A stretch of DNA of 64,000 nucleotides from Lama guanicoe (Eukaryota), in assembly GCA_013239625.1 (NCBI GenBank), contig MU054197.1, positions 50,596 through 114,595 of the forward strand, read 5' to 3'. Position 1 is the first letter of the stretch. Every line of letters begins with the position of its first letter. Made by a program: the position numbers and the translations under genes. The notes beneath the pieces were generated by a model that was given only the letters and a program-made list of their open reading frames with translations, had not been told where the DNA came from and made no database searches. This document shows, piece by piece, positions 1 to 12,099 of the stretch.

Positions 1-540
1 AACAAAGAATCCTATGGTAAAACATAAGAAGTACACTCTGATATTGGACTTAATTTGATTCTACATATGTCTCCTCTGGCAAGGGAAGTAGAAGCAAAAC
101 TAACAAAATATGATTGTATCACTCTAAACAGATTTACGCTGCAGAAGAAATGAACAATAAAATGAAAAGTCAACCAACACAATGGGAGAATATATTTGCA
201 AGTGATATTTTCCAATCAAGTGTTAATATGCAACTACATGGCAAACATATACACCACCACAACAACAAAAAGACCAAACAATCCAATTAAATAAAGTGTC
301 CGTACAAACTGAATAGTTAGATCTGAATCAATTTTCTGTAGAAAACATAGAGTTGGCTCTATGACACATGAAAATATGTTCAGAGTTATAAATTATTAGG
401 AAAGTCATAAACCAAAAATGAGACAAGACCTCACAATTTTCAGAAGGCTCCCATCAAAAAGAAAAGAAATATATGTTGGTGAGATTGTGGAGAAAAAGGA
501 ACACTGTGGACACTTTTGATAGAAATGAAAAGTACTGATT
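1..540 (+). mobile_element. Old LINE-1 ORF2 3' fragment
   Basis: Degenerate L1 ORF2 C-terminal motifs (caaccaacacaatgggagaatatatttgca; gagattgtggagaaaaaggaacac). The paralog is at ~34780-35320. Confidence 0.8.
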
Positions 541-590
541 CCATTGCATATATACATCAAATTTTCTTCATCCATTTTTCTGTCAAGGGA

Positions 591-1043
591 TGTTGGGTTT
601 GTAGGCCCCTGTCTGAAGGCTCTAGAGAGTAAGCCCATGGGGTGAACTGATAATCAAGCTGTGAGGAATGTCACATATCCAGGCTGGATAAGAAATGGCC
701 TACTCTATGAATCCAGTATGGATGTCTGGATAGTATATGATGGGTAAGATCCTCAGAGGAGGACAACCTAAGACAGGCATGGCCAGCTGGATAAGAGAAG
801 ACCTACTTAATGAATTTCCGTGATGAACTTTAAAATAATCCTTTATCATATAACATCCTGTGCTTACTGTAGGTGTAACGGGACATAAGTAGTTAAAGAT
901 TATTAACATTGTTATAACTTAGATGATATGTGAGCCATTGTGCATGTCCTATATAAACCCTTCTTCTAAGAATCAATAAACAGTAAACTGCTTCGCTTCT
1001 CTCCACACAGTGTTTGTGTGTATATGATATCGTGCAAGTGACA
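591..1043 (+). mobile_element. Solo LTR, probably ERV1-class (copy A)
   Basis: ~450-bp non-L1 insert bounded by TG...CA, with TATATAAA at 950-957, AATAAA at 975-980 and possible degenerate 4-bp TSD ggga/gggt. Family not identified. Confidence 0.7.
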
Positions 1044-1900
1044 GGGTTAATTTAAATTTTTGGGAGTATCTTAAAAGGATGTTGCATTATATATAATGCT
1101 CTCTCAGCACCTATTGAGATGATTATGTGAGTTTTATTTCTCATTCTATTAGTGTGGCATGTCACCTTTATTGATTTGAATATTTTGAAGTATCCTTAAA
1201 CCCAGGGATAAATCCTTTTACTCATGTATTTGTATGATACATTAAATGTGTTGTTGAATTCATTTTGCTAGGGTTTTATTGAGAATTTTGGCACATATGT
1301 TCATCAGGGATAATATTCCATAGTTTGCATCAATTGTCCTTTTTAGCTTTGTTATGCAAATAAAGCTGGCATCATAAACAAGTTTGGAATCTTTCACCCT
1401 CTTCAAATTCTTGAAACGTTTGGGGAAGAATTGGTGAAAAATTGTCTTCCAAAGTATGACAGAATTCACCAGTAAAGTCATCTTGTAAATTTTTTCTGGT
1501 TTGAGAGGTTTGGATTACTGATTTACTCATACAAACTTTTGCACTTTTTAACTTTCTAATTTCTTCTTTATTCAGTATTGGAAGACAGATCTTTCTGGGA
1601 ATTTGTCTTTTATTCTAGGTCTTGCAAAACGTTGCCTAGTGGTAATTTCTTATGATGCTATGCACCTCTACCACATCAGTGGTAGTATCAGCTCTTTTAT
1701 TTATAATTTTATTTGAGTCTTTATTTTCTTAGACAATCTAAACGTTTGTCCACTTATGCTCAAAAGAAACACACTTAGGGTTTTTTTTTATCTTTTCAAT
1801 TGTTTCTCTTGTTATTTGCCTTTCTCTCACTGAATCAATATTCTTCATTTTCTTTCTGATTTCTCCTAGATTACTGATGTTTAACGTTAAGTAGTGTGAA
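1044..1900 (-). mobile_element. Old LINE-1 ORF2 fragment
   Basis: Antisense L1 RT-region motifs (gggataaatcc...; ttgagaattttggcacatatgttcatcagggata). The paralog is at ~35825-36690. Confidence 0.8.
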
Positions 1901-1914
1901 TCTTTGTATTTCTT

Positions 1915-4900
1915 TTTTTATTAAGTATTATTTATTTATTTATTTACATATTTAATAATTTGTTTGTCATTGAATTACAGTCATTTACAATGTGTCAATC
2001 TCTGGTGTATTGCACAGTTTCCCTGTACATGCATATATTTATGTGCCTATTAATGGTTACTTCAAGATATTTAGCTTACTGCCCTGTGTCATACAAAAGA
2101 AATTTTGAAAACATCTATTTTTATATGTAGTGGATAACAATTATAAATCTACAGCTCCAAAATATTTCCCCTACCAGTCCCTTTCTGCAGTAACCATAAG
2201 ATTATTAACTAGATCTGCAAGTGTGTTTCAGTTTTGTAGATGAAATCATAGTGTTCTCATACAAATTATTTTTTTAAGTTTCTATATGTCATATCATGTT
2301 TTATTTTTCTTTCTCTTTCTGTCTTACTTCAATTAGAATGACACATTTTGGGGACATCCATTTTGCTGCAAATGTCATTGTGTTATCATTTTTTATTGCA
2401 GAATATTATTCCATTGTTTAAATACAGCATAAGTTCTGTATACTGTCATCTGTTGTTGGACAATTAGGTTGCTTCCATTTCGTGGCTGTTGTGTATAGCA
2501 CTGCTAAGAACATTGGGGTGCAGGAGTCTTTTTGAATTAGGGTTCCCTTTGATATATACCCAGAAGTGGGATTGCTGGATCATATGTTAATTCTACTTTT
2601 ATACTTTAGAGGAATCCCCATCCTGATTTCCACAATGACTGCACCAAACTACATTCCTAACAACAATGTAGGAGGGTTCCCTTTCTCCACAGCTTCACCA
2701 GCATTTATTGCTTGTGGACTTTTGAATGATGGCCATTGTGAATATTGTGAAGTGATACTTCATTATAGTTTTGAATTGCCCTTCTCTTATTATGTCAGTG
2801 AGTAATTTTTTTTTCATATATATGCATGGCATTTATATGTCTCTATTGGAGAATTGCTTGTTTAGGGCTTCTGCCCATTTTCAGATTGGGTTTTTTTTTT
2901 TTTTTTAGTATTATTGGGTGGTATGAAGTCTTTATATTTTTGAAATTTAGCCTTTGTCAGTTGCATCATTACTAAATATTTTCTTTATTCCTGTAGGTTG
3001 TCATTTTTCCTTGTTTATGTTTGCCTTAGATGTGTAAAATCTTATAAGTTTAATTAGGTCCCATTTAGTAATTTTGCTCTTACATCCATTACCTGGATAG
3101 GCTGTTCTAGAAGATCATTGTTGAGATTTATCTCAGAGTGTGTTGCCTATGTTTTCTTCTAGGAGATTTACTCTGTCTTGCCTTACATTTAAGTCTTTAA
3201 GTCATTTTGTGTTTATTCTTGTGTATGGAGTGAAGGATTTTTCTAACTCCATTGCTCTGATGCTGCTATCCAGTTTTCCCAACACCAGGTGGTGAAGAGA
3301 TGGTTTTTCAGTGTCATATTCTTGGCTGCTCTGTAAAATATTAATTGAACATACGACTGTAGATTTATTCCCAGGCTCTCTATTCTGTTCCTTTGGTCCA
3401 TATGCCCGTTTCTGTGCAAATATCATGTCGTTTTGATTATTGTATCTCTGCAATAGTCTATGGAGACCAGGAGGGTTATTGCTCCAGCCTCTTTCATTGT
3501 CTTCAATATAATTTTGGAAATTATGGATCTTTTTTGATTCTTTATTAATCTTATGATCATTTGTTTCAGTCCTAAAAGGAAATGTTTTGCATAATTTGAT
3601 TAGAACTCAGATTAAGTCTGTGTATATCCTTGGGCAGTATGGCCATTTTCACAATATTCTTTCTTCCATTACTAGACTATTGGGTATCTTTTCAATTCTT
3701 CAAATCTTTCTTGATTTCCTCAATCAATGTTTTCTTGTTCTCCATGTATAATTCATTCAACACCTTACTAAGAGTTATGCTTAAGCATTTTATAGTTTTG
3801 GGTGCAGTTATATAAGGGGTTGTTTCTATATTTTGTTTTCCTGTTGCTTCAATGGTAGTGTAAAGAAATGTAATTGGTTTTTGTACATTACTCTTGCTAC
3901 CTTGCCCAGTTCCTTTATACCTTAAGTATTTTTTGTGAAGCTTTTACAGTTTCTATATATACTGTCATGTCTACATATCGTGGCAATTTTACCTCATCTT
4001 TTACATTCTGAATCCTTTTATTTCTTTTTCTTGCCTGATCGTTGTGGCTAGGACTTCCAAGACTATATTGAATTGAAATTGTAAGAATGGGCATCCTTGT
4101 ATTGTCTCCGGTTTTTGTGGGAAGGTTTTCAGATTTTCACTATTGAGTATTTTGCTGGCTATATGTTTGTCATAAAAAGGTTTTGTTATGTTGATATATA
4201 GTCCCTCTATGCCCACTGTGATAAGAACTTTTATTGGAAATAGATGTTAAATTTTATCAAATGATTTTTCTGCATCTACTGAGATGATCATATCATTTTT
4301 GTCTTCTCTTTGGTGATATGGTGTATCACAATTGATTGATTGATTTGCATATGTTAAACAATCCTTGTGTTCCTGGGATGAACTTAGCATGACCATGGTG
4401 CGTGTTCTTTTTTTTTAAATGATGTTGGATTCTGTCTGTTAATAATTTCTTAAGGACTTTTACATCTATGTTTATCAATGATATTGGCCTATAGTTTTCT
4501 TTTTGGGGTAGTTGCTTTGTCTGGTTTTGGTTTCTGTTTGATGTTGGCCTTATGGTTTGAGTTTGGGAGTACTCTCTCCATATCAAAATTTGGAAGAGTT
4601 TGAGGAGGACTGGTATGGATTTTTCTTTCTATGTTTGGTCAAATTCCCCAGTGAAGGTATTAGGGTCTGAATTTTGTTTGCAGAGATTTTTTATTTTATT
4701 GATAATTCTATTCTATTTCTGGTGATCTGTCTGCTCAAATGGTTAATTTCTTCTTGATGCAATGTTGGTGGGCTGAATGTTTCCATAAACTTCTCCATTT
4801 CTCCCTGGTTTTCCAATTTGTTTCCATAGTATTGCTCATGGTGTTATCTTATGATATTTTGTAAATTTGTTGAAATTTTTCTAGTTTCTCCATTTTCATT

Positions 4901-6630
4901 TCTTATATTATTTGTGTTCTCTTTCTTTTCTTGTTGGTGATCCTGTCCAGAGATTTGTCAATTTTGTTTAAAATTTGAAAAAATGTTTGATAATTTTTTC
5001 TATTTTTTAATCTCTATTTCAATTTTTCCCTCCTTGATCTTTATTTTTCCCCCTTTCTGCTTACTTTTGGCTTTGTTTGCTCTTCTTTTCAAGATTAGTT
5101 TACATAGAACGTTAGATTATTTATTTGAAATTGCACTTCTAATTTGAGGAGGGCTTTGTCACTATGAACTTTCCTCTTAAGCCTGCTTTAACTGTATTCC
5201 ATAGAAATTGTGTAGAGTTTTGTCATGTTTTTCAAGCTATTTCTTAATTAGTTATTTTACTACATCAATTCCCCCCTTGTTATAGTATCATATTTTTTTA
5301 ATCTGAATGCTGTCATTTTTTCCCCTGTTTTTCTGGGATTGATTTTGAGTTTCATGGTATTATACTCAGAAAAAATGCTTGAAATAACTTTTATCTTCTT
5401 AAATTTGTTAAGGCTTCTTCTGTGCCTGATTACATGACCTTTCCTTCAAAATGTTCCATGTGCACTGGAAAAGAAGGTATTTTTTTTGGGGAGAAGTACT
5501 GTTTTGAACGTATCAACCATCTCCAATTATTTTATCATGTCTTTTAGTAACTTTGTTCCCTTATTAATTTCCTGTGTGAAAGACCAGTCCAGTGATGGTA
5601 ATGAGGTGTTATAATCACCTACTTTGATTGTTTTTCCAGTGATTAATCTCTTTTTATCTATTAGTATTTGCTTTATGAATTTAGGTGCTCCTATATTGAG
5701 TGCACGTATCTTAATGGGTATAAAACCCTTATATTGTATTGCTCCTATAATCATTATAACATGTCCTTTTTTATCTTTCTCTATGGCCTTTCTTATAAAG
5801 TCTATTTTCTGTAAAGTCAGTACTGCTAGTCCTTCTTTCTTCTCATGTGCATTTGCATGGAATATAATCTTTCATCTTCTGAGTTTGAATTGATGTGTTC
5901 TCCTGTTACTAAAGTGGGTCTCTTGTAAGCTTCATAATGTAGGGTCTTGTTATATTATCCCATCTGGCAATATATATCTTTTGATTGAACCACAATGTCC
6001 ATTAACATTTCTGATAGTTATTGATAGACTGGTGTTTATTTCCATTTTAAACTTCATTTTCCAGTTGACTTGGTATTTCTTTTTAGTTCATTTCTTTTTC
6101 TTTTTGTGTCTTGATAAGTTTTCTTTTATTATCTTTGTTTCTTTTTGTCTTTGTGACTTCATTGTAAGCTTTTGAATTATGGTTACCTTGTTTTGTATTT
6201 ATATTGACCCATACTATATCTGTTAATTTTACTGATTAAAATACAAAATCAAACCCATCTTATAGAGAAGAGAAACAAGAAGGAAACACTCTGTATTGTC
6301 CTGTTTCACTTTCTGACACTTAAAAATTTTTATGTCCTGTTTTACAGCATCATATTAATTCTGTTTTAAGTCATTGTAGCTATTGCCTCTCTAGTTATGC
6401 CTTTTTCGTTTCTATAGCATCCTGCTTCTTTTTTACTTAGAGAAGAACTTTCATTATTCCTATTTCTCTGGCTAAATTCTTTTAGTATTTGCTTGTGTGA
6501 AAGTTATTTATCTCTCCTTGTATTCTAAAGGATAGACTTGCTTGATAAATTATCTTAGATTATGGCTTTCTTTAATTCAGGGTTTTGAATATATCTTGCC
6601 ACTGCCTTCTGACTGCTGTATTTGTGTAGG
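1915..6630 (-). mobile_element. LINE-1, 5'-truncated within ORF1, degenerate (copy A)
   Basis: Poly(A)-derived TTTA tail at ~1915-1945, then 3'UTR, then minus-strand ORF2 remnants (4001-4216 [28 protein letters not shown]; 4326-4586 [13 protein letters not shown]; 5527-5754 endonuclease APKFIKQIL) and the ORF1 tail. Confidence 0.93.
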
Positions 6631-6679
6631 AAATGAGTTTACAAATATTATGTATATAATTATATATATATATGTAAAG

Positions 6680-8010
6680 AACACCTGGAAATGAAGTTAA
6701 CAAATAAGTTGTAAACCTATGCATTAAAAACAGAAAATATTGGTGAAGGAAATTAAAACTGATCCAAAGAAATGAAAAGACCTCTTATGTTAATGATGTG
6801 AAACTATGTGGTCAATACAACCATTCTACTAAAGGGAATCTATATTTAGTGTGATTAATATCAAAATACCTATGAGATTTTTCCTTTAAATACAAGAAAT
6901 TATTTCAAAATTTATCTGTAACCACAAAGATCATGAGTTATCAAAATTATCTTGAAAAAGTGTATTAAATCTAATGGTGTAAAGTTCTCTGATGTTAAAT
7001 AGCCCTAGAAATTTTTAATAATTAAAACAACATGGGGATACTGGCTCAGAAACAGACACCAATCAATAGAAGAGAATAGAGCAGACAGATATATTCCCTC
7101 ACACCTATGATCAATTATCCCATGAAAAAGAAAACAAGAGTATAAAATGAAGAAAAGACATTCTCCTCAATAATTAGTGCTGGGGAGACTGAACATTGAA
7201 AAGATACATTAGAATATTTCCTCACATTTTATACAATCCATGAGCACAGAATATCTTTCTATTTAAATCATTTACTTATATATCTTACATCTGTAATTTA
7301 TAGATCTATATTTAGATCTTTTATTTCACTCACCAAATGTATTCCTATTTTATACTTTTTGGTATAAATTTACACACAAGGGTTTTCCTAATTTATATTT
7401 ATGATAATATGTTGTTACTATACAAAAATGCATCGGATATTTGTATATTGGTTTTCTATTATGCAAACTTATTAAGTTTGTTCATTATTTCTAACAGTCA
7501 CTAGAGGAGTCTATGGAGTTTTCTATCTATGTATAATTATGTCATCTGTAAATACTTTACTGCTTTTTTACAAGTTGGATACCTTTATATTTTTTCTTGA
7601 ATAGTTGTTCTGGCTAGGACTTCTAGNNNNNNNNNNNNNNNNNNNNNNNNNNNNNNNNNNNNNNNNNNNNNNNNNNNNNNNNNNNGAAAACGTTCCTGTA
7701 TGTTAACATTGAACTTGAAGTTACTCATGGGTTTTTCATATATGGCTTTTATTATATTTTGTTACATTCTATGTAGAGCGAATTTGTTAAGAATACATTT
7801 ATATAAAAGTTAAGACCACATCTCTCAATAATTTTCCTATATTTTTTGAGATTTTTTTAAATCTTTGTATTTTAAGGGATGTCATCACATATATTAATTT
7901 GCATATGTTAAATAATATTTATGAATCAGGACTAAATCCTACTTAAATATAGTTTATAATACTTATAATATGCCATGAATTCAGGTTGCTAAAATTTATT
8001 TAGAATGAAA
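6680..8010. mobile_element. Two old LINE-1 ORF2 fragments (+ to ~7232, then -)
   Basis: Sense L1 motifs up to cctcacattttataca, then antisense atccatgagcacagaatatctttc. The paralog is at ~41475-42800. Confidence 0.75.
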
Positions 8011-9046
8011 TTTACAGATACTGAAGGAAAAATTTACATTGTAGCTTGATTTTACATTTTTTTATTTAAAAACTTTATCTCTCATTTTGAATTTGGCTTA
8101 TGTTTTCTGGAATTTATGTCTAAATAAAGAATATAATTTTGGTTGAACTGGACTTACTACAGTTTACTGATACAGAACATAGCTATCATTTACAAATAGT
8201 GAACAAATCACTTGCCTTAAAATGCCATATTGTTCTAACAATGGCAACTGTTTCAAGACTGAGAAACATATTGCTTCCTAAAATGCATTACCTGGTCTTT
8301 TCAACCCCAACACACATATACTGTTGTTTCTTTGTTTTCTGATTACTTGTTTGTTTGCACCTTAATGGAGGCACTGCTTATTGAACACAGGATATTGTGC
8401 ATATGTGTATTTATCAACCTCATTTTGGAACACTTAGCAGAAGCCACAAGAGTATAGATTATAAAGATGACAAAAAAATTTACTACTTCTAGGGACGGAA
8501 AAAACTCTGAGTGAAAGAATGTCAAAAATAAACATTTGTAAATATACAATAAGTTTGTCTCTTTTGTCATTTTAATGTAGAATATTTTGTTACATTAGTT
8601 TTACTTATAGAACTGAATTACAATTTAAATCAAAAATTCCCAACTTTGNNNNNNNNNNNNNNNNNNNNNNNNNNNNNNNNNNNNNNNNNNNNNNNNNNNN
8701 NNNNNNNNNNNNNNNNNNNNNNNNNNNNNNNNNNNNNNNNNNNNNNNNNNNNNNNNNNNNNNNNNNNNNNNNNNNNNNNNNNNNNNNNNNNNNNNNNNNN
8801 NNNNNNNNNNNNNNNNNNNNNNNNNNTTCACATTAAAATCATCATGAAATAGTTATACTATTTATGTACAGGTTTTACACAAATTTCACTTTAAATTACA
8901 AAACTTTGAATTTATTTTATATATATTGTGCATTATTTATACTCTGTTCACAAATCTGGTGTAAATTTGTGCTCAAAAGTATGGAGATTGGTTTTATTTC
9001 ATAGATCCCAAAATTAAATAATTTAAAAAGATTTTGTGGGGATAAT

Positions 9047-9301
9047 ATTTGCAGATCATACTATCAATATCAGCATCCTATATGTTTCAAATTAACTGGA
9101 TGAATGAGAAGGTAACTCTGGCTGAATGTTAGACTGGAGTTGCTAGGAGAAGAGTTTTTTGTGATGTCATAGCTACTCAGGTTGAGAGACATTGTTATGG
9201 CCTAGCAATTTATCTGTGCTTGCCTGCCAGAGCAGCATTTGAAGCTATAGTGCACAAAATCATGCAGATTAGAAAAGTAGCCATAGAAAAAGTTATTTGA
9301 G
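9047..9301 (+). promoter_or_regulatory. Putative HSFY proximal promoter / 5'UTR (copy A only)
   Basis: Directly upstream of the ATG. Contains TAACTG (MYB-like, 9093-9098), RFX X-box-like half sites GTTGCTAGG (9139-9147) and CCTAGCAAT (9201-9209), and CRE-like TGATGTCA (9162-9169). Function is inferred only. Confidence 0.5.
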
Positions 9302-10977
9302 ATGGCACAAGTTTCTTCAGAAATTCAAGCTGAGTCTCGTAAAGATGGACCAACAGGTTCAGGAAACTCTGGTAGATGTCTATTGTGTGATCAAATAATT
9401 TGTGGGGACTTGGACTTGAAGTCTATGACTGAAGAAAATGTTTTTCAGACTATGTCTGAAGAATCCTTGATAAAAAAAAAACCATGTTACACACATTGTG
9501 TCTATGAATCAGATGAACATACTGATTTTTGTTCTCTGACATTTCCAAGAAAACTCCAGAAAATGGCTGGGAGTGAAAAATATAAATCTATCTGTTGGGA
9601 TGATATTGGAACTTTCATAGTGATTGATGAAGATGTCTTTAAGAAGGAAAATGTGGAAAGAAAGGCCCCTTTCAGAATATTTGAAACTGGAAGTATGAAA
9701 AGTTTAGTTAGACAGCTTAAACTTTATGAGTTTAGTAAAGTGCAGTAGAATTTTCAAAGATCTGCTTGTCTAGCTGACTTTCTGGCAGAAGAAACAGAGG
9801 TCTCCACTTTAACTAAGGTATTCAGAAATTTTAGTTTCCACTTGGTAACTTATATAAAATTTTATTTTGTACATCAATCTATGGTAATATATATGCAACG
9901 CTAGATTTTGAAATTTGTATAAAATTACTAAGGCTCAATTCCTTCATTTTTCCAAAAATGAGGACAGTGACTTTAATATTCAAGATAATGAGAAACTTTG
10001 CTTGCAATTATCAATCTTATTGAAATCTAAATAAATATATTAAAGCTGCTTTTCAAAAGTGGCATTCACCATTAATGCAAGAACAAAATTTTAAATTTGA
10101 TGACTATACTATTTAAATGTGTGTTTTCCAAATAAGGAATTTCAAAATATAGTCAACAATGTTCATCCTTTGATGATATTATCTTTCCATTGTAAAAATG
10201 AAATCTGAGGTTTTATAGATTAGGCTTATTGTAGTCTTGTATTTTGGTTTAAAATATTACTAAAATATTTCTCCTTTGGTTGTAGCTTCAGTTCTACCAT
10301 AATCCAAATTTTAAATAACACTTTCCCCAGCTTTTAATGAGAATAAAAAGAAGAGTTGGGATTAAAAATGTCTGTCTGGTATCTCCATTGGCTGAAGATT
10401 TCAATAAGAAGCACATTAAAGCAGGAGCTAATGTGGATTATCATAATTCTGGTTTTGTGTCTGACGCTAGTAGAGAAAGAGCATTTTTACCTTTTGCAAA
10501 TTTAAACATGCCTCTAATAAGAAAGCCTTCTACTAGCCACATAATTGGTGATACAACTACCCCAATCAGTGATGATTTTCCTCCTCCATCATCAATGTCA
10601 GTTAGACCACCAGAACAAATTGCAGTGGATCAACGTGCTATTTTAAATCAGTTGAATATTGTCCACAGGCACTCTCAAAGCAGCTACACTGAATCAAATG
10701 GCCGTGTGTGAACTTCATTACAAATACAACTTCTGCTTCTCAGTACAGCATCTTGTCTCATTTACAGAGCAAATACTTTGGACTGATGGTGGAGCCTTCT
10801 ACTTTTCCAAATAGATATCACAACATATCTGCCAATGAAGGTCGATTTTCTAAACTTCAACCAGGGAGCAACGCACGGTTTCCAGTGCCAGTGACAGCTG
10901 AGACATCAGCTACCTCTCTTTCAAGGACAAATCATCAGCAATCTTCAGTTTATGAACGTCAAACTAATTACAACTGA
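9302..10977 (+). pseudogene. HSFY: HSFY pseudogene copy A; exon 1 9302-9817, GT-AG intron 9818-10285, exon 2 10286-10977
   Basis: HSF-type DNA-binding domain (LTFPRKL...WDDIGTFIVIDED...FET.SMKSLVRQL.LY.FSK; exon 2 QFYHNPNFK...PQLLMRIKRRVGIKN). Lesions: TAG 9746-9748, TAA 10316-10318 and a 1-bp deletion near 10706. Confidence 0.95.
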
Positions 10978-11070
10978 TCTACCAGAGGACTACCAGATTA
11001 TGCAGGATAACAAAGGTTAAAATTGATGTTGACATATGTCCACAAATATCTGCAAATTACTTATTTGAAC

Positions 11071-11076
11071 AATAAA
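11071..11076 (+). terminator. Probable HSFY polyadenylation signal (copy A)
   Basis: AATAAA ~95 bp after the stop codon, followed by GT/T-rich sequence, and conserved in copy B. Confidence 0.65.
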
Positions 11077-11569
11077 CATTGATGTGTACCTGTATTTTCC
11101 TTATAATTTTTAAATAGAGTCAAGGGTTAAATGGGAGACTATGTTACCATTTAAGGAATAAAAGAGATATTAGATTGATATGATCTTTTGATGGAACAAT
11201 ATGGGAGTAAATTTAAATAATTTCTCATATGATGGAAGAGTAAATGGAAGAATTTGGAAAAAGGCTAAAATATGTAGGGAGGGAAAAGTACTAAGTGGTT
11301 TCTGGTTCATCTTGGAAAGTATGGATAGGTTGGAACAGGAGATAAATGCAGGAACCGGCCCAGGGATCATGGTCTCTCTTATGTCATCCCTGGAATCATA
11401 AAGGTCACAAGATGTAGTATCAGATTGCAGATGCAGCATGTGGTAGAATTAATGAAATAATTTTATCTATGGTCTTCTTTGTGCTGTTCTGAATGCATTC
11501 CAATTGGTGCTTTCAATTCCTGCCCTCAAGTGTCTACACTATATTTTCTAGTCAATACTTCATGTTGCT

Positions 11570-11980
11570 TTTATGTTCCAGACAAAAACAAGCTTACATC
11601 ATCAGGGTGGCACTTAATGCCTTTCCAAATCTAAGCCCACAAACTTAACTTAGTTTATTCATTTTCTTCTAAATCTGGCATCTGACTACCTTGGCATATC
11701 TTTATGTTTCACTGTATCTGGAGATACATCCAGGCAAATGCTTGTCAACTAAGTTAGCTGCAACCTCACCACTTTTACTCCAGCTCATCCTTGGGCTTTG
11801 TTTGTCCTCCTTTTACCTACTTAGATTTTCCCAGTCTCAGAACAGAAGCCGCCTCCTCCAGATGTTTTCTGTCTATCCACCTTTCCTTGTCTAACTTGCA
11901 TACCAGCACAGTAAGAACAGCACATGCCAAAGGATGCATTTTACTCTTTATTGAATGAAAAATATTTGTTGACTTTAAGC
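11570..11980 (+). mobile_element. Possible ancient LINE-2 3' fragment
   Basis: Weak resemblance to L2 3' motifs (gcctcctccagatgttttct; aaatatttgttga). The paralog is at ~46150-46520. Confidence 0.3.
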
Positions 11981-12099
11981 AAAATATACTTTCCTGAAAC
12001 AACAAAACTCTCATGGTTTTCAAACTATTTCGTTATTGTCTTTACTCTTCACAACAAACTAGTTCTTTTCATAGCCCGATGTCTAGTCACACAAGACAG

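Noticed and set aside
8625..8852. Poly-X ORFs here and at 49116-49448 and 61548-61893
   Set aside because: Artefacts of N gaps.
9302..9748. 148-aa ORF as a functional short HSFY isoform
   Set aside because: It ends at a premature CAG>TAG before an intact donor, and conserved HSF-domain W, N and G residues are substituted.
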